A DNA stretch of 64,000 nt from Lama glama (GCA_028534125.1 CM052832.1:18850001-18914000); one strand, 5' to 3'. Positions 50,526-63,789 are shown, counted from the stretch's first letter. Program-made: numbers and translations. The notes: generated by a model from the sequence alone, not told the origin.

Positions 50526-52048
50526 TAGTATCTGTTGACTTCTTTTCTACACTTACGTACTTCACAAAGATGAGCTCATAGCCTGATATTTCCCCTTAAT
50601 ATACCATGATGATCTTTCAGTGTAGATAAATGTACTTCCAGAAAGTCTATTTTTTTTAAAAAGCAGGACTTATACATAGTGAATTTATTCAAATAAAAGA
50701 AACAACTGAAACAGAACTAAAGATATTAGGAATCTGCAAACGTAAAAAGGTGAATACAAATTAGCTAAATCCATAAACTTTTCAAGTTAAGAATCTGCAA
50801 AGTAATTTTCACCTCCTTTCTGTCACATACATACACACACTCATGACATGTTGATTCTGACGAAAATCAGAGAAACCAAAAATATCCTTGAGTTTTATAA
50901 ACTGTGTGAAATTAATTTCAACAGCATTCTATATGAATGTAAACCCTGATTTCAGGGATGTCTTTGATCATTTCAGAAGTATGATGGTTTTCATTTTTTA
51001 ACAGTTATTGATATCACATATTGGCTTAATAATTATGATATTTTGCTTACCTAATGTCCCTGTAAACAAAATATTAATATCATTTGCTTTTAAAAAAATA
51101 AGAAACACTTTTCAACATAAGCAAATAGCTACACACATTTAAACGTTTTCTTGTGAAACATTTAATACTAATCTCAAGCAAATTAATGGTGATTGCTGTT
51201 TGTCATTTCTGGTATGAAATATCTTTGATTTTTTTTCATAGAAGTATAAATTATACTCTTGTGCGGTCCAAAGAATTGCTTAAGGACAAAGAATTCTTAA
51301 GCAACATTAGACATTTCAGCACGGGAATTTCTCATAGTGCACTTTTACCTCCTTGAGGTTGAAAATGTTTCTTTCACATATTTTTCAACTTTGCTGTGAA
51401 GTAGATTGTTATGTTTCATTGGTGGTTTAATTATATGGCTTTAAATAAAGGTTTTGATTCTGTCCATAGTTCATAGGTCTCAGAATAGATGGCTTTCTGG
51501 AAATCATGTATTTCAAGAGATTTTGGATAAACCAACATTCTTTAATAGGCAAAGCCCCTCAATGCAACTGCAATAAATATTACCAGTATGTTCTGGAAGA
51601 AAAGGAAGATGATTTTCTCATTTCCACAGTTCTTTCAATTGTTTTAAAATCTCAACATTTCTATCAGACTCAAATTCTGTATGAGCTGATGAGTTTGACC
51701 TTTTAAAAATGGTTGCCTAAAATCAGTTTAAATCAATTATTACATATCCTTCAAATCGCCTTTTGAATAATGACTTTATAAGGGGCAACAACACAGCAGC
51801 CAAGTGAGATGTATTCTTTTTCTTTCTGTAAACTGTTAGTGAACATAGGAAGCTCAGCACAGCTCAAAGAGGGCCAGACGTGCACTTGGACTTCACTTCC
51901 TCTAGACATTAAGGCCACGTTTAAAGTCAGATTTCTATTGAACAGATCTTGTATCATTTCATGGTTCTGAGAAACTTCAGAAAAATACTCATTATGTTTC
52001 TATTATGGGCTCTCTATCCGTGGTGAACCAGCATCACTGGAGCTATGC

Positions 52049-52548
52049 NNNNNNNNNNNNNNNNNNNNNNNNNNNNNNNNNNNNNNNNNNNNNNNNNNNN
52101 NNNNNNNNNNNNNNNNNNNNNNNNNNNNNNNNNNNNNNNNNNNNNNNNNNNNNNNNNNNNNNNNNNNNNNNNNNNNNNNNNNNNNNNNNNNNNNNNNNNN
52201 NNNNNNNNNNNNNNNNNNNNNNNNNNNNNNNNNNNNNNNNNNNNNNNNNNNNNNNNNNNNNNNNNNNNNNNNNNNNNNNNNNNNNNNNNNNNNNNNNNNN
52301 NNNNNNNNNNNNNNNNNNNNNNNNNNNNNNNNNNNNNNNNNNNNNNNNNNNNNNNNNNNNNNNNNNNNNNNNNNNNNNNNNNNNNNNNNNNNNNNNNNNN
52401 NNNNNNNNNNNNNNNNNNNNNNNNNNNNNNNNNNNNNNNNNNNNNNNNNNNNNNNNNNNNNNNNNNNNNNNNNNNNNNNNNNNNNNNNNNNNNNNNNNNN
52501 NNNNNNNNNNNNNNNNNNNNNNNNNNNNNNNNNNNNNNNNNNNNNNNN
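52049..52548. other. Assembly gap (500 N)
   Basis: Run of exactly 500 N. Confidence 0.99.
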
Positions 52549-52869
52549 TAACTTGTAAATCTAAAGTTTAGTGTCAGTTTACTGGGCTAACAAGCTAACT
52601 CGTAAATCCAAGCTCAACAAGTGTCAGTAACGTGATCTGTTCCAAATTGATAAGCTCCAGTGTACTGATTCCTTGCTTTTTGTTGTTTGAACCTTATTGG
52701 CTAATAGCCCCATACTTGTAATTAACCCTATAAAACCTCATGTGCACTTCTTGGAGGTGCTCAGAGCTTCGGAGCAGAAGCCCCTCTGAGCCCGCCGGCG
52801 TAATAAATCTGAGTACTCCAACCCTCCGAGTGGTGCTTGTTTCTTGGCTGGCCTGTCATTTCCGTAACA
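52549..52869 (+). mobile_element. 3' part of an endogenous-retrovirus LTR (U3-R-U5)
   Basis: ATTGG (52696), TATAAAA (52729-52735), AATAAA (52802-52807) and a terminal ...GTAACA, in retroviral LTR order; several CpGs are retained. Confidence 0.7.
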
Positions 52870-52942
52870 GAGGTACTGGGTATTGAACCCAGTACCTTGT
52901 GCATGCTAAGCACACACTCTACCACTGAGTTATACCCTCCCT
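52870..52942 (-). mobile_element. tRNA-Ala-derived SINE head, truncated by the LTR
   Basis: gaggtactgggtattgaacccagtaccttgtgcatgctaagcacacactctaccactgagttataccctccc; the usual ttttaatg tail is replaced by the LTR end. Confidence 0.85.
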
Positions 52943-53798
52943 CAACAAACTTCTATTTTAGAAAAATCTCAAATTTAAAATTGCAAAGGACGAAGGTTCC
53001 CATATACCCCTTACCCATTTCCCCTCATTGTTAAGAACTTCTATTACCATGGTGTATTTATCAGAACTAAGAAACTAACGTTGGCATATTATTATTGTTT
53101 ATTTTTAACTAAGAGATCTCCTTTACTATAAAAACACATGTGTGAGGTTTCAGATGTTTGGCAGTGCAGCCCAGCGGCTCCCTCAAGGACACAGAAAAGG
53201 CAATTAGTTAGATGTTCCTGCTACATCCATATTAAAAAGCAAACCTCAGAGCAAACCTTGTTCCCTGGCATTTGAAGTAGCTCCTTCTGTCCTCCATTAT
53301 TTTCAGTCATAAACCTGGAGGGGTGTTTAGGGTCTCAGAGGGAATTCCCATCCTGCAGGACCGTGGGGTGGGCAGGCCAGTTTCCTTACCAACCTGTGCA
53401 CAGAGTTCCTTGGCGGGGAGTGGGCGGTGGTTAAAATCCAGAGAACGGAGCTCCATCTGCCTATCCCACAGGTGCTGGTGGAAGCCCTCTTTCTCTCAAC
53501 TATTTGGGAAAATCCTAGGTCTGGCTCAAGAGGGTCAGTGTCATTTGGTCCTCAAAGGTCAGCTCTGAGGCTCTTGGAGCCCCTAGGGCAGGATGTAGGG
53601 TGGAAGCTCCTGCCCAACCGTTTTTAGAAAGGTCAGGAATCCAGATCCTCCTTAGAGGGGATGCCTTCAGCTACTACTTATGGAACGTAAGCTCCACCCA
53701 TGATTGTTTGTTTCACAACCACCTGGGAGTTGCCTAAGGCGAATCCTTAAACCCAGATTCAGTGGCTCTGGGATGGGTCCTAATGATGTGTGTTTCTC

Positions 53799-54128
53799 CA
53801 GAAATAGACTCACAGACATAGAAAACAAACTATGGTTACCAAAGCGGAAAGGGGTAACCTTCCTAAAAGGCATCCCTCTTCCCCAGGAGGTAAGGATAAA
53901 TTAGGAGTTCGGGATTAACATATACACATTACTAGATATAAAATAGATAAATAATAAGGACCTACTGTATAGCACAGGGAACTATATTCAATATCTTGTA
54001 ATAACCTATAACAAGAAAGAATCTGAAAAAGAATATATGTGAATATGTGTAACTGAATCACTTTGCTTTACACCTGAAACACACAGTGTAAATCAACTGT
54101 ACTTCAATAAAAATAAATATATTTTAAA
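53799..54128 (+). mobile_element. L1 3' UTR fragment inserted into a MER5A relic
   Basis: agaaatagactcacagacatagaaaacaaactatggttacc...acttcaataaaa; MER5A halves at ~53710-53797 and ~54130-54170; imperfect repeat gat(g)t(g)tgtttct on both sides. Confidence 0.85.
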
Positions 54129-56517
54129 AGATTTGTTTCTAGCAAGGTCCCCAGATGATTCTGATTCAGGCAGCTGGCGCTTCAGCGGGTTTATGCTGCA
54201 CATTCTAGGCACTAGAATCTGGATTGCTGACAGCTGAGGGGGTCCTTGTTCACATTTCCCCAGGGTGGGGGGAATGCCTTAATTCAGGATTTTATGAATT
54301 TTATTTTGCTATCATTCATGGACAGAAACTGAACATACATTACGGGAGGAGAACTAGGTACAATTTCCTAAACACATAACTCATGCGTGGATGTATATAT
54401 CACAAATTATATGCAGCGCTCTTCCAGTGATGAATACTCATTCTCCCCTAGATGTGGTCAGAGCAATTGTCCGGTTCTGGGTCCGAGCTCCTGGACTTCT
54501 GTTGGCTGTCCAGGATATGTGTGTCTGTTTATCCTCCCCGACCCTGCAGGTGGGTCTGTTCTGGAATGATTACTCTGTCATTGGTATTTCTAATAACAGC
54601 TGTAGAGGTCACCTAAGTCCCCATGCTTTCAGGCTTTCCAAAGCCACTTTTTTCCCCCTTACTTTAATATTCAGAGATGCAGGATTTAGGCCCCCATTCT
54701 GAGTGACAACAAGCCCTTGGGTTCTCAGGGAATATCCACACAGCTTCAGAGGTATTTTTTCCACTTCTCACCTCGCATAGCTGCTCCCACCTTCTCCCCT
54801 GTTCCTCTTCCTGGGTACATGGGAATGATGGGCTCTTTGTATTCTCAGGGTCCTAAGCAATACTCCCAGGAAACTTTAATTTCCACTTAATAAGTATCTT
54901 TGAACTTCTGAAAGTTCCTTTAAGTGAATTTGGGGTGTCATCTTCTAAAGTCTGTCCACGGTGACCTTCATCCAGATGCATCCAGATGCATCTTGTTGGA
55001 TATGATCCTCTGACATTGATTTCCTTAAGTTCAGAAATACAATTCAAATGTCACCCAAAACTGGCTCAATATTTGACCCACTCTTCTTGTGTTTTCTGTT
55101 TAATAAAAAGACTCAGTGGGATGAATGATATCGTTTATTTACTCTGAACGTGGTGGCCCATGGATACCAAACTGGATATGCTCAGTTAACCTCAAGCTGA
55201 TATCTGACGTTTCTGATGTTGCTCTAACCCCACTTTTCAAACCTCCTACAGTCTTTCATTTAGAATGGGATTTGAGATGCCAGCTGTTTTATCTGACTTC
55301 ATAAATACCAATCATTTCTTTTGCTCTTTATTTGGAATACCCCTTCCTTCCTTCTAGAACTTGTTTGACTTAGTCACCTAACCACCACTGGTGTGTGGCT
55401 TCACAGTTGGGTCTGACTCCTGGGTCTCTGCATGAGTTTGGGGACCTGCTGGTCTTGAAATTTTAATCAGTGGCGAGGGAGTTCAGAGCTCATGCATGTG
55501 ACGGATATGACCAGGAGAGTCTGCTCCCTTTATTTTCATATACAGTTATTAATGAATAACTGCTTTCCTTGCTATTACAGCTTTCTCCAGGCCAGTTTGT
55601 CTGTCTTATGGTCACTAGCTCCTTTTTTCATCACCCCAAAGAATCCCTGTAGTATTTAACGTGTACTGAAGACATAAAAAAAAAAAAAAAAGAACCACAG
55701 TGCAGACAGGAAAGTCTATAAAGCACTGAATTGGTTCTCAGATCTTACTGCTCCTGAAACTTTTCAACCCTGCTCTTCCACAAGGGCCATCTCTGGTCAC
55801 CTTCCACCTTGTCTTCAGCTAATCCTGCTGGTGTCTCCAAGTCACTGGGTCTGCTCCCCTCTTGCACAGAGCTGCAATTTTCTAATTCTGTCTATCACTT
55901 TACTCAGAGTTTTGTGTACTTTTGCCTTGTTTTTGGTAGAAGAGTCCCTTTCAACATCTCTTATAAGGCAGGCCTACTGTTGGTGAACTTCCTCAACTTC
56001 TGTTTGTCTGGGAAAGTCTTTATTTCTCCTTAATATCTGAATGTTAACTTTGCTAAATAGAGTATGCTTGTTTGATAGTTTTTCTCTTTCAGTATTTTGA
56101 GAATATCATTTCACTCTGTAGACTTTTCTAAGAAATCTGCTGATAGCCTAATGGGGCTTCCTTTGTAGGGTTACCATCCTTTCCCCTGGCTGCCTTTAAG
56201 ATTCTCTCATTGTCATTGGCTTTTGTCAGTTTTAATATAATGTGTCTCAGAGAGGTCTTTTTGTATTGAGGTAATTAGGCGTTTTCTTAGCTTCACGGGC
56301 TGTATGTCTAGTTCCTTCTGGTTTGGGAAGTTCTCAGCTATTATTTCTTTAAATAAACTCTCTGTATCCTTCTCCCTCTCTTCTCCTTCTGGGATACCTA
56401 TTATCCTAATGTTGCCCTTCCTTAAAAAGTTGGAGGGTTCCCATAGAATTTCCTCATTTTTTAAGATCTTAATTGTCTTTCCTCTTCTACCTGTATCATT
56501 TCTAGATTTCTACTTTA

Positions 56518-56741
56518 TTTTAACATTTTTATTGATTTATAATCATTTTACAATGATGTGGCAAATTCCAGTGTAGAGCACAATTTTTCAGTCATACATG
56601 AACATATATATATTCACTGTCACATTTTTTCTCTGTGAGCTCCCATAAGATCTTGTGTATATCTCCCTGTGCTATACAGTATAATCCTGTTTATCTATTC
56701 TACAATTTTGAAATCCCGTCTATCCCTTCCCACCCTCCGCC
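56518..56741 (-). mobile_element. Young L1 3' UTR fragment nested in the older L1
   Basis: Perfect 16-bp TSD CTAGATTTCTACTTTA at 56502-56517 and 56742-56757. Confidence 0.92.
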
Positions 56742-57199
56742 CTAGATTTCTACTTTAAAACTCACTAATTCTCTCTTCCATGTTGTCTTTCTAATGCATT
56801 TTTCATCTTGTTCATTGAGTTCTTCAGACCCAGGATTTCTGTTTGGTTCTTTTTCAGAGTTTTAATCACTTTGGTAAAGTATTGCTTCTGTTCATTAATT
56901 TTATTCATTGAACTGCCTTTCTGAGTTTTCTTGTAGTTTGCTGAGTTTCTTCACGACAGCGATTTGGGATTCTCTATCAGATGGAATGCAATATTCCGTG
57001 ACTTTAAGTTTGGCTTCTGAAGGATTGTCATTTTCTTTTTGTGACACAGCGTTACTGTGGTTCTTCATCATGCTTGATGTGTTGTTCCTTTGCTGGCACA
57101 TTTGAAGTAGCCAACACCTTTCTTCTTTAGGTAAAGCTTTTTTTAAACTTGATTCTAATAATGCAACAGGTTAGAAATTAGAGGCCTTTCTTTTGTTTT

Positions 57200-57214
57200 C
57201 CAGTAGGTGGTGCT
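57200..57214 (+). promoter_or_regulatory. Candidate CTCF motif within an L1 5' region
   Basis: CCAGTAGGTGGTGCT is one CpG-type transition away from CCAGTAGGTGGCGCT. Confidence 0.45.
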
Positions 57215-57833
57215 ACAGCACAAGGGTGTCTCTTACTTGAGCTGCCTTTTTACATTTGAGATGTACTAATAAACAATATTAGGAATGAAAAACATATGTA
57301 ACTACAGATACAGTACAGATTTTTAAAACCATGACATTACTATAAATGATTTTACCCCAAAATTTGAAAACTTGAACAAAATGCAGTATCTTCTAGAAAA
57401 TATAAATGATCAAAAACTAATTCAAGAAGTATTAGGAAACCAAAAGAGAATGACAGTTGATATTTGAACTTCCTCCTTCTGAAAACTACTGCGTGTTTTC
57501 TGTTATCTTCAGCCATGATCTCAGCTGGCCAAGACTCGTTACCGCCTTGGGTAACCCAAACCCTCATTTCTAAAGTGTTGACTCTTCAGCAGTCTGACCT
57601 TTTTTCTGTCTTATGTAGTTTTTCATTAACCCTTTTTTCCATCCTGATTACAATTTAATAAGGGTTGCATTTAACAATAGATTTTTTTTAATATTGCAAA
57701 AATTTTAAAGTACAACCATGCATCCTTCAATGATTGTTATGAAGATTTTAATAAAGGTAAAAATTCTTCTGAAAACACATGTAAAATGTGCTATCATCTT
57801 AACATTATGTGTAAATATTAAGAAACAACTAGG

Positions 57834-58112
57834 TGTAGTTGCCAAGGGGGCAGGGGGTGGGAAGGGACAGACTGGGATTTCAAAATGTAGAATAGATAAA
57901 CAAGATTATACTGTATAGCATAGGGAAATATATACAAGATCTTATGGTAGCTCACAGCGAAAAAAAAATGACAATGAATATATACATGTTCATGTATACC
58001 TGAAAAATTTTGCTGTACACTGGAATTTGACACAACATTGTAAAACGACTATAACTCAATAAAAAAAAAGTTAAAAATAAAGTAAAAAAAAAAGGGAAAA
58101 GCCAAAAAGTAA
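57834..58112 (+). mobile_element. Young L1 3' UTR fragment
   Basis: gttgccaaggggg...gatagataaacaagattatactgtatagc...tataactcaataaaa followed by an A-rich tail; imperfect TSD aagaaa(ca)actagg. Confidence 0.88.
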
Positions 58113-58541
58113 AAAAGAAACTAGGAAAGATTATCTTTCTTTTCAAAAGTTTTTCACTATAAAACACCTAATATTAGAATCTAGAAGCCTTTAGATAATG
58201 TAGTACTTCTTTTTTCAATCATTATTTGCCTTTTACTCTGTAATATCTGAACGAAGTAGGTGAGTTGTGTAGTTATACCAGAATTGATCAAAATGATTGG
58301 ATTTACTACATAACATATTTGTATGCAGAAAGGATATTAATTTAATTTAATGAGAAAAATGGCATATTATATATAAACTATAGATCCTATAATGCTATAG
58401 GCAAAAAAAAATTGTGAGGCACTTAAACAGTGAAAGAGAAAAGCATTGAGATTTCCTTTTTATAAAAACATTACAATTTTAACATCTGGGAGAAAAACAG
58501 AAGCTAAAAATACAGGGAAATAATTTTAGTTTAACTTTGTG

Positions 58542-58727
58542 GGTTTTTAAAAAATAATTTCTTATTGATATGTAGTTGATTTACCATATTAGTTTCAAGT
58601 ATACAGCAAAGTGATTCAGTTATACACATGCATACATATATATTTTTTCTTTTCAGATTCTTTTCCATTATATGTTATTATAAGAAATTGAATACAGTTC
58701 CCTGTGCTGTACAGATCTTTGTTTTCT
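58542..58727 (-). mobile_element. L1 3' UTR fragment
   Basis: TSD TTTAACTTTGTG at 58530-58541 and 58728-58739. Confidence 0.85.
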
Positions 58728-60825
58728 TTTAACTTTGTGTTTGATTTACTAATAACTGTTGAGAAGTTCCAACCTCATATGTTTCATTTTTAGTCTGATA
58801 TAACAGATTTAAATAGAGAAATTTTGTCTTATTGGAAGCATCTGAAATGCTCATTTTCCCCTTTAAAAGTATTTCATTCAATGTGACGCTCAGGATAAGG
58901 TGACATGCAGTATATTACTATTTGTAGTAGCACAGTTTCTATTTTAATGCTGATGTCTACTTATTTAATTTTTAAAATTGTCTTCTAAGATCAAAATGAT
59001 GGTATGAACAGTGTGTATCAATGCCTCTCTTTGAACTTGCTGGCACCAAACTTTACTCAATTTTATATCATTCAGTTCTGCAATGTTACCTTAAGCAGCA
59101 TCCCAAAACCAACATGAAAATTGGGTTTAGAGTTAGAGACACTCACTGGATATCATTCTGGAAAAGGTCTGGTTTCTGATGGATAATGAAGACGCTAAAG
59201 ATGTGTGATAAGAATGTGTGGTGTGTAACGTTCTTAGTTGATAGTCTGAGCATGACCATCTGTGGGTTACTTAACACTATTCAGTTCAGCTGGAAAGGTT
59301 TCACTGAAAACTCCTCCTTTGGAAATTTGTTTTAAAGCGTCTCTGAGCCAGAAGTTGAGCTTCTGTCTGACACTGATGCCGTGACATGTCCCCTGCATAA
59401 CATGCCTGAGAAGTTACAACAGCCTCTGCATTTCCTCCACGGTGTTGGTTTTTGAGAAACTTACCAACAATTGACCAAATCTTGTGATTTAGAAATTTGG
59501 TGCAGTGATGGTTCAAAACTTCCCAAAGTCCAATTAGGTAAGCAGGGAATAAAGTTCTGTGTGGAAGGCATGGTCTTAAACTCAGAGTTGTAGGGGAATT
59601 CTGATTCCTGCCAGTCTGAATGGAACTCACACAGTTGTAGGTCTTGCTGGGGACAACGGAAAGGCAATGACTGGTCCGATTTCCAAATTGCAGGCCCGCC
59701 ATGAACTTGCATCAGCCTCAGTTTCTGACTCATTTTCTGCAGCCCGACCTTGTGTTTTTTGTTGGTGCTGGAGCCACTGCTGTGGTTCTACCTACCTACC
59801 CTGCAGCCTGGCTTGAGGACCACAGAATGTTGCTGCTGGTGATCTGAACACAGGAACGGATGCTGATAAAAAGAATCTTGGACATAAGACAAGATTTCCT
59901 CTGTTAGGCCAACAGATAAAAATCTTTACCAGAAATTCAGATTGGAAAAATTCCTCATTCTGCTGCCCGTGTTTGATATCTTCAAGGTCAAAGGTTTTCC
60001 TAGTCTGGTCAAAGTCACTGTTATCATAACATGGGAAAAAAACCTTACATGATCTCTAAAAAGCATCAAGTTTATTTCTTGAGATGGACCAACTGACTCA
60101 TATTTTAGGTTATTATCATTTCCTACTTGGCACAATATTGTCTTACCAATTACTACCTTCATGCATAGATTTATTTAAAAAGCTTCTTTCAAAGGTGACA
60201 GTATTTGAAACAGAATGGAGATACCCAGACTCTTTTTGTTGTTTCATAGTACCTAGAAGGGACCTAGGATTAAGGGATCTTTCTTTACAATTAATACGGT
60301 AATGGGTTTTTTCCAGGTGATACTTTTTGTCCTCATTAGTAAAGGACCCATCATGTCAGACGGGAAAGGACTGTTCATGTCATACAACACAGCTTCTCCA
60401 GTGGTGAACAGTAAAGGTAATATCTATTTTGTTTTTGTAAATGCTCTGTTCCTTCTTCGTTTGGGAGCGATCTTGAGTTGCGCTGATGTAATCTAGCCCG
60501 CCATTAAAAAGAAACCCACGCGTGTGTTCAGTAGAACCCAGGCCTGTTGTCTTTCTTTGGTAAGAAGCCCCTCTCTTCACACTTAAGCATCTGAGTATGG
60601 TTGTTGGCCCAGCAAAGCATCTCGGCACCCTGATCCTCCCACACACAGTTCTGCTTTCTAGAGTATTTGTTCCCTTGACATCCCAGACAGGAGGTGTAAA
60701 GTCTGGTTTGTGTTTAGTTCTAGTGTGTGTGTGTTTGGGTTTCAAGTATGGAATGGGGGTTGGCATATGGTGAGCAACTACTGTGTAAAAGCAACTGGAG
60801 GCTCATTCTGTCCATGAAGATTCTT

Positions 60826-60959
60826 TTGGGGTGAGGGAAGGGAATTAGGCTTGTTTATTATTATTTTTTTTAATGGAGGCACTGGGGATTGAACCCAGGA
60901 CCTTGTGCATGCTAGGCACGCGCTCTACCACAGAGCTGCGCCCTCCCCCGCCCACCCCA
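60826..60959 (-). mobile_element. tRNA-Ala-derived SINE (Vic-1-like)
   Basis: Perfect 15-bp TSD TCCATGAAGATTCTT at 60811-60825 and 60960-60974. Confidence 0.93.
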
Positions 60960-61422
60960 TCCATGAAGATTCTTAACCTTCGTTGGAAACTCATTGCAGG
61001 AATCCAGATGAATTATCCAAGAAATTGGCAGATGACGCATAATTCCATAAAAGAGTTTCTGAAGGAAGCTGGTGTGGGTTGTAACAGACTGCTGGCAGGG
61101 GGAGGCCCCACTCCATGAATTCTTTTGGGAGACAAGCACACTTGGAAAGTTTACATGCCAGGTGCGGCTGATGCTGCAGTCTGATGTCTAACACAAGAAG
61201 CGGAAACCCTAGGGAATCCGCAGCAGTCGGAGAAGCGGAAAAGACCAGCGCGTCCATAGTGACAACCACTACAAAGCCATTCCGAGCCTGCAGTCGGCTG
61301 TTTCTTACCCCTTTCAGGTCTTCTCTGAGTTTGCTCTAAGGCTATGCTGGTCTCCATCTCTGCTAGCTGAGGAGGATTTTAAGGCAATACCTAAAAAACT
61401 CTTTTCTCAGGTATTGGATTCT

Positions 61423-61522
61423 NNNNNNNNNNNNNNNNNNNNNNNNNNNNNNNNNNNNNNNNNNNNNNNNNNNNNNNNNNNNNNNNNNNNNNNNNNNNNN
61501 NNNNNNNNNNNNNNNNNNNNNN
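61423..61522. other. Assembly gap (100 N)
   Basis: Run of exactly 100 N. Confidence 0.99.
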
Positions 61523-62505
61523 GGGATTCATCCATGTACCAGCAGTTCATTCCTTTTTCATTGCTGAGTAGTATTCTATCATATGAATGTAGACTGTTTT
61601 CTCATTGGTGGTTACCTGAACTAATTCCTGTTTGAGGCTATTATGAATAAAGATGCTATGAACTTTCTTGTGGACATGTGCTCTTGGACAAATGCCTAGG
61701 AGTAGAATTGTTGGGTTTTGGTGTCAGCATATGTTTAGTTTTGTAAGAAGTTGTCTAACCTTTTAGAAAGTGGCGATACATTTTACACTCCCATCAATAA
61801 TTTATGAGAATTGCTGTTGCTCTGTATCTTTGCCAGCATTTCGTGTTATAGTCTTTAATTTTAACCATTCTGATGGGTGTATAGTGGTATTTCATTGTGA
61901 TTTTAATTTGTTTCTCTGAGACTGTGATCATTCATTCTCACTGATTAGTGATGTTAAATACCTTTTCGTATGTTTGTCATTCATAAATCTTCCTTTGTAA
62001 AACATATGTTCAAATATTTTGCTTATTATTGAACTGGATTTTTTTTTAACCTTTTAAAAAATTGAGTTGTAGAAATTCCCTTTCTATTCTAATTATCAGT
62101 CCTATGTCAAATGTTAGTTTTGAGACTATCTTCTCCTGGTCTACAGTTTGTCTATTAATTTTTAATAGTGCCTTTTGATGAACAGAGTTTCAATTTTGGA
62201 GTCTAACTTATCACTTTCTTTTCTTTTATAGTTATGGATTTCTTTGTCATTTTCAAGAAACCTTTGCCTGTTCATAAGTCACAAATATAATGTTCTGTTT
62301 TATTTTGGAAGCTTTATAGTTCTATCCTTTATGTTTAGTTCTATGGTCTATTTCACAGTAATTTTTGTGCGAGTGTGAGGTCAAGGTCAAAGTTCATTTT
62401 TTCCCCGTATGAATATTCAATTGTATCAGCAGCATTTGTCGGAAATACTTTTCCCATTGGACTGCTTGGAAATTTTTGTTGCTGAAAATCAGTTTACCAT
62501 ATAAG
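61523..62505 (-). mobile_element. Old L1M ORF2 3'/3' UTR fragment
   Basis: ttgctgagtagtattc...cctaggagtagaattg...gtggtatttcattgtgattttaatttg...tttgatgaacagag...aagctttatagtt. Confidence 0.85.
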
Positions 62506-62510
62506 TATAT

Positions 62511-62945
62511 ATAGTTACTAGGGGTGGGGGGAAGGGGTGGGAAGGAATAAATTGGTAGTTTGGGATTTGCAGATACTAACTACTATATATAAAATAGATA
62601 AACAACAAGTTCCTACCGTATAGCACAGAGAACTATATTCAATATCTTGTAGTAACCAATGATGAAAAAGAACATAACAATGAATATATGTATGTATATA
62701 TATGACTGAAACTTTATGCTGTACACCAGAAATTGACACACATTGTAAAGTGACTACACTTCAGTAAAAAAATAAAAATAAAGAAAGACGAAAAAAAGAA
62801 AGGAAGGAAGAGAGAGAGGGAGGGAGGAAGACAAGAAAGAAGAAAGAAATATAGGAAGACAAAGCTAATCACCACAAGAAAGGGAGAGAGGGAAGGAGGG
62901 GAAGAAAGGAAGAAATAAAGAAAAAGAGAAGGAAACAGAGGCAGC
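62511..62945 (+). mobile_element. L1 3' UTR fragment with an expanded purine-rich (GA) tail
   Basis: L1 3' motif to ~62775, then about 170 nt of GAAA/GGAG-rich sequence. Confidence 0.85.
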
Positions 62946-63789
62946 AGCATGCTCAGTGACCGCTGGACTACTGTGTTATTCCGTTTTTCCACCCTAGTGG
63001 AAAAACACTTGAAAAACACTCTTCCCAATATAGTTAATTCTTTTCTTGCAAAACATTTCTCATTATTTGACTTTTATTACCTTTAGCTGATGAAAAGCCA
63101 GCAATTTACTGAAAACTTTCCCATGAGGTAATGAGAGGAACCACTGAAACATATTCCAAACGTCTTATTGCAAGTTGATTGATTACATGGAAAAGTTATC
63201 TTCCTCCTCTGCTTTTTCTGTGGCTAATGAAGAACGTATTCAGATGCTGGTGTTATACTGGCTCCAACTCCTCTTGTTGGGTCTAACGTAGTTTGTCTTC
63301 TAAACTCTCACCAAACGCTGGGGATTTTTGGTAGGGGATTTTTACCTCATTTGACCTCTTTCCTTGGACTGGTCTGCAACAGAATATTTGCACTTCTTAA
63401 GTCTGGCTTAAAAAAAATCTACCTAAATTTTCCTTCCCTAGCATGCTACTGTCTTCCTATTGAAAGGTATTAAGAATAAAAGACTCTGAAGATCTTTATC
63501 CTTCATCTCATGCTAGTCATCTAGGATGAATGATGTGAACAAAAGGACATTTATTCCTAGACCATTCTAGCTATTGTAGTGCCCCTTAAATCTTCCCAGG
63601 TGAACCCAGTCCTTGTGTTAGTTCACCATAGCAAGGCATGTTTCTTTTCTGTGCATTATTTTTCGTATTGGAAAAGTGGATATAAATTTGCCACACTCCT
63701 TCCTAAGGGAGGCTTTGCTAAGCAATGAAATCATATGGATAAAAATTATTTAAATGTTAAAAAGCGGTAGATGTCCTGTATGAATAAGT

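Larger units (their letters stand above)
55895..57225 (-). mobile_element. Old L1 5'/ORF1 region
   Basis: The minus-strand peptide MKNHSNAVSQKENDNPSEAKLKVTEYCIPSDRESQIAVVKKLSKLQENSERQFNE resembles the L1 ORF1p N-terminus; further degenerate ORF1 sequence extends to ~55900. Confidence 0.85.

Noticed and set aside
54970..54992. TCCAGATGCA tandem duplication
   Set aside because: A single 10-bp slippage duplication with no further structure.
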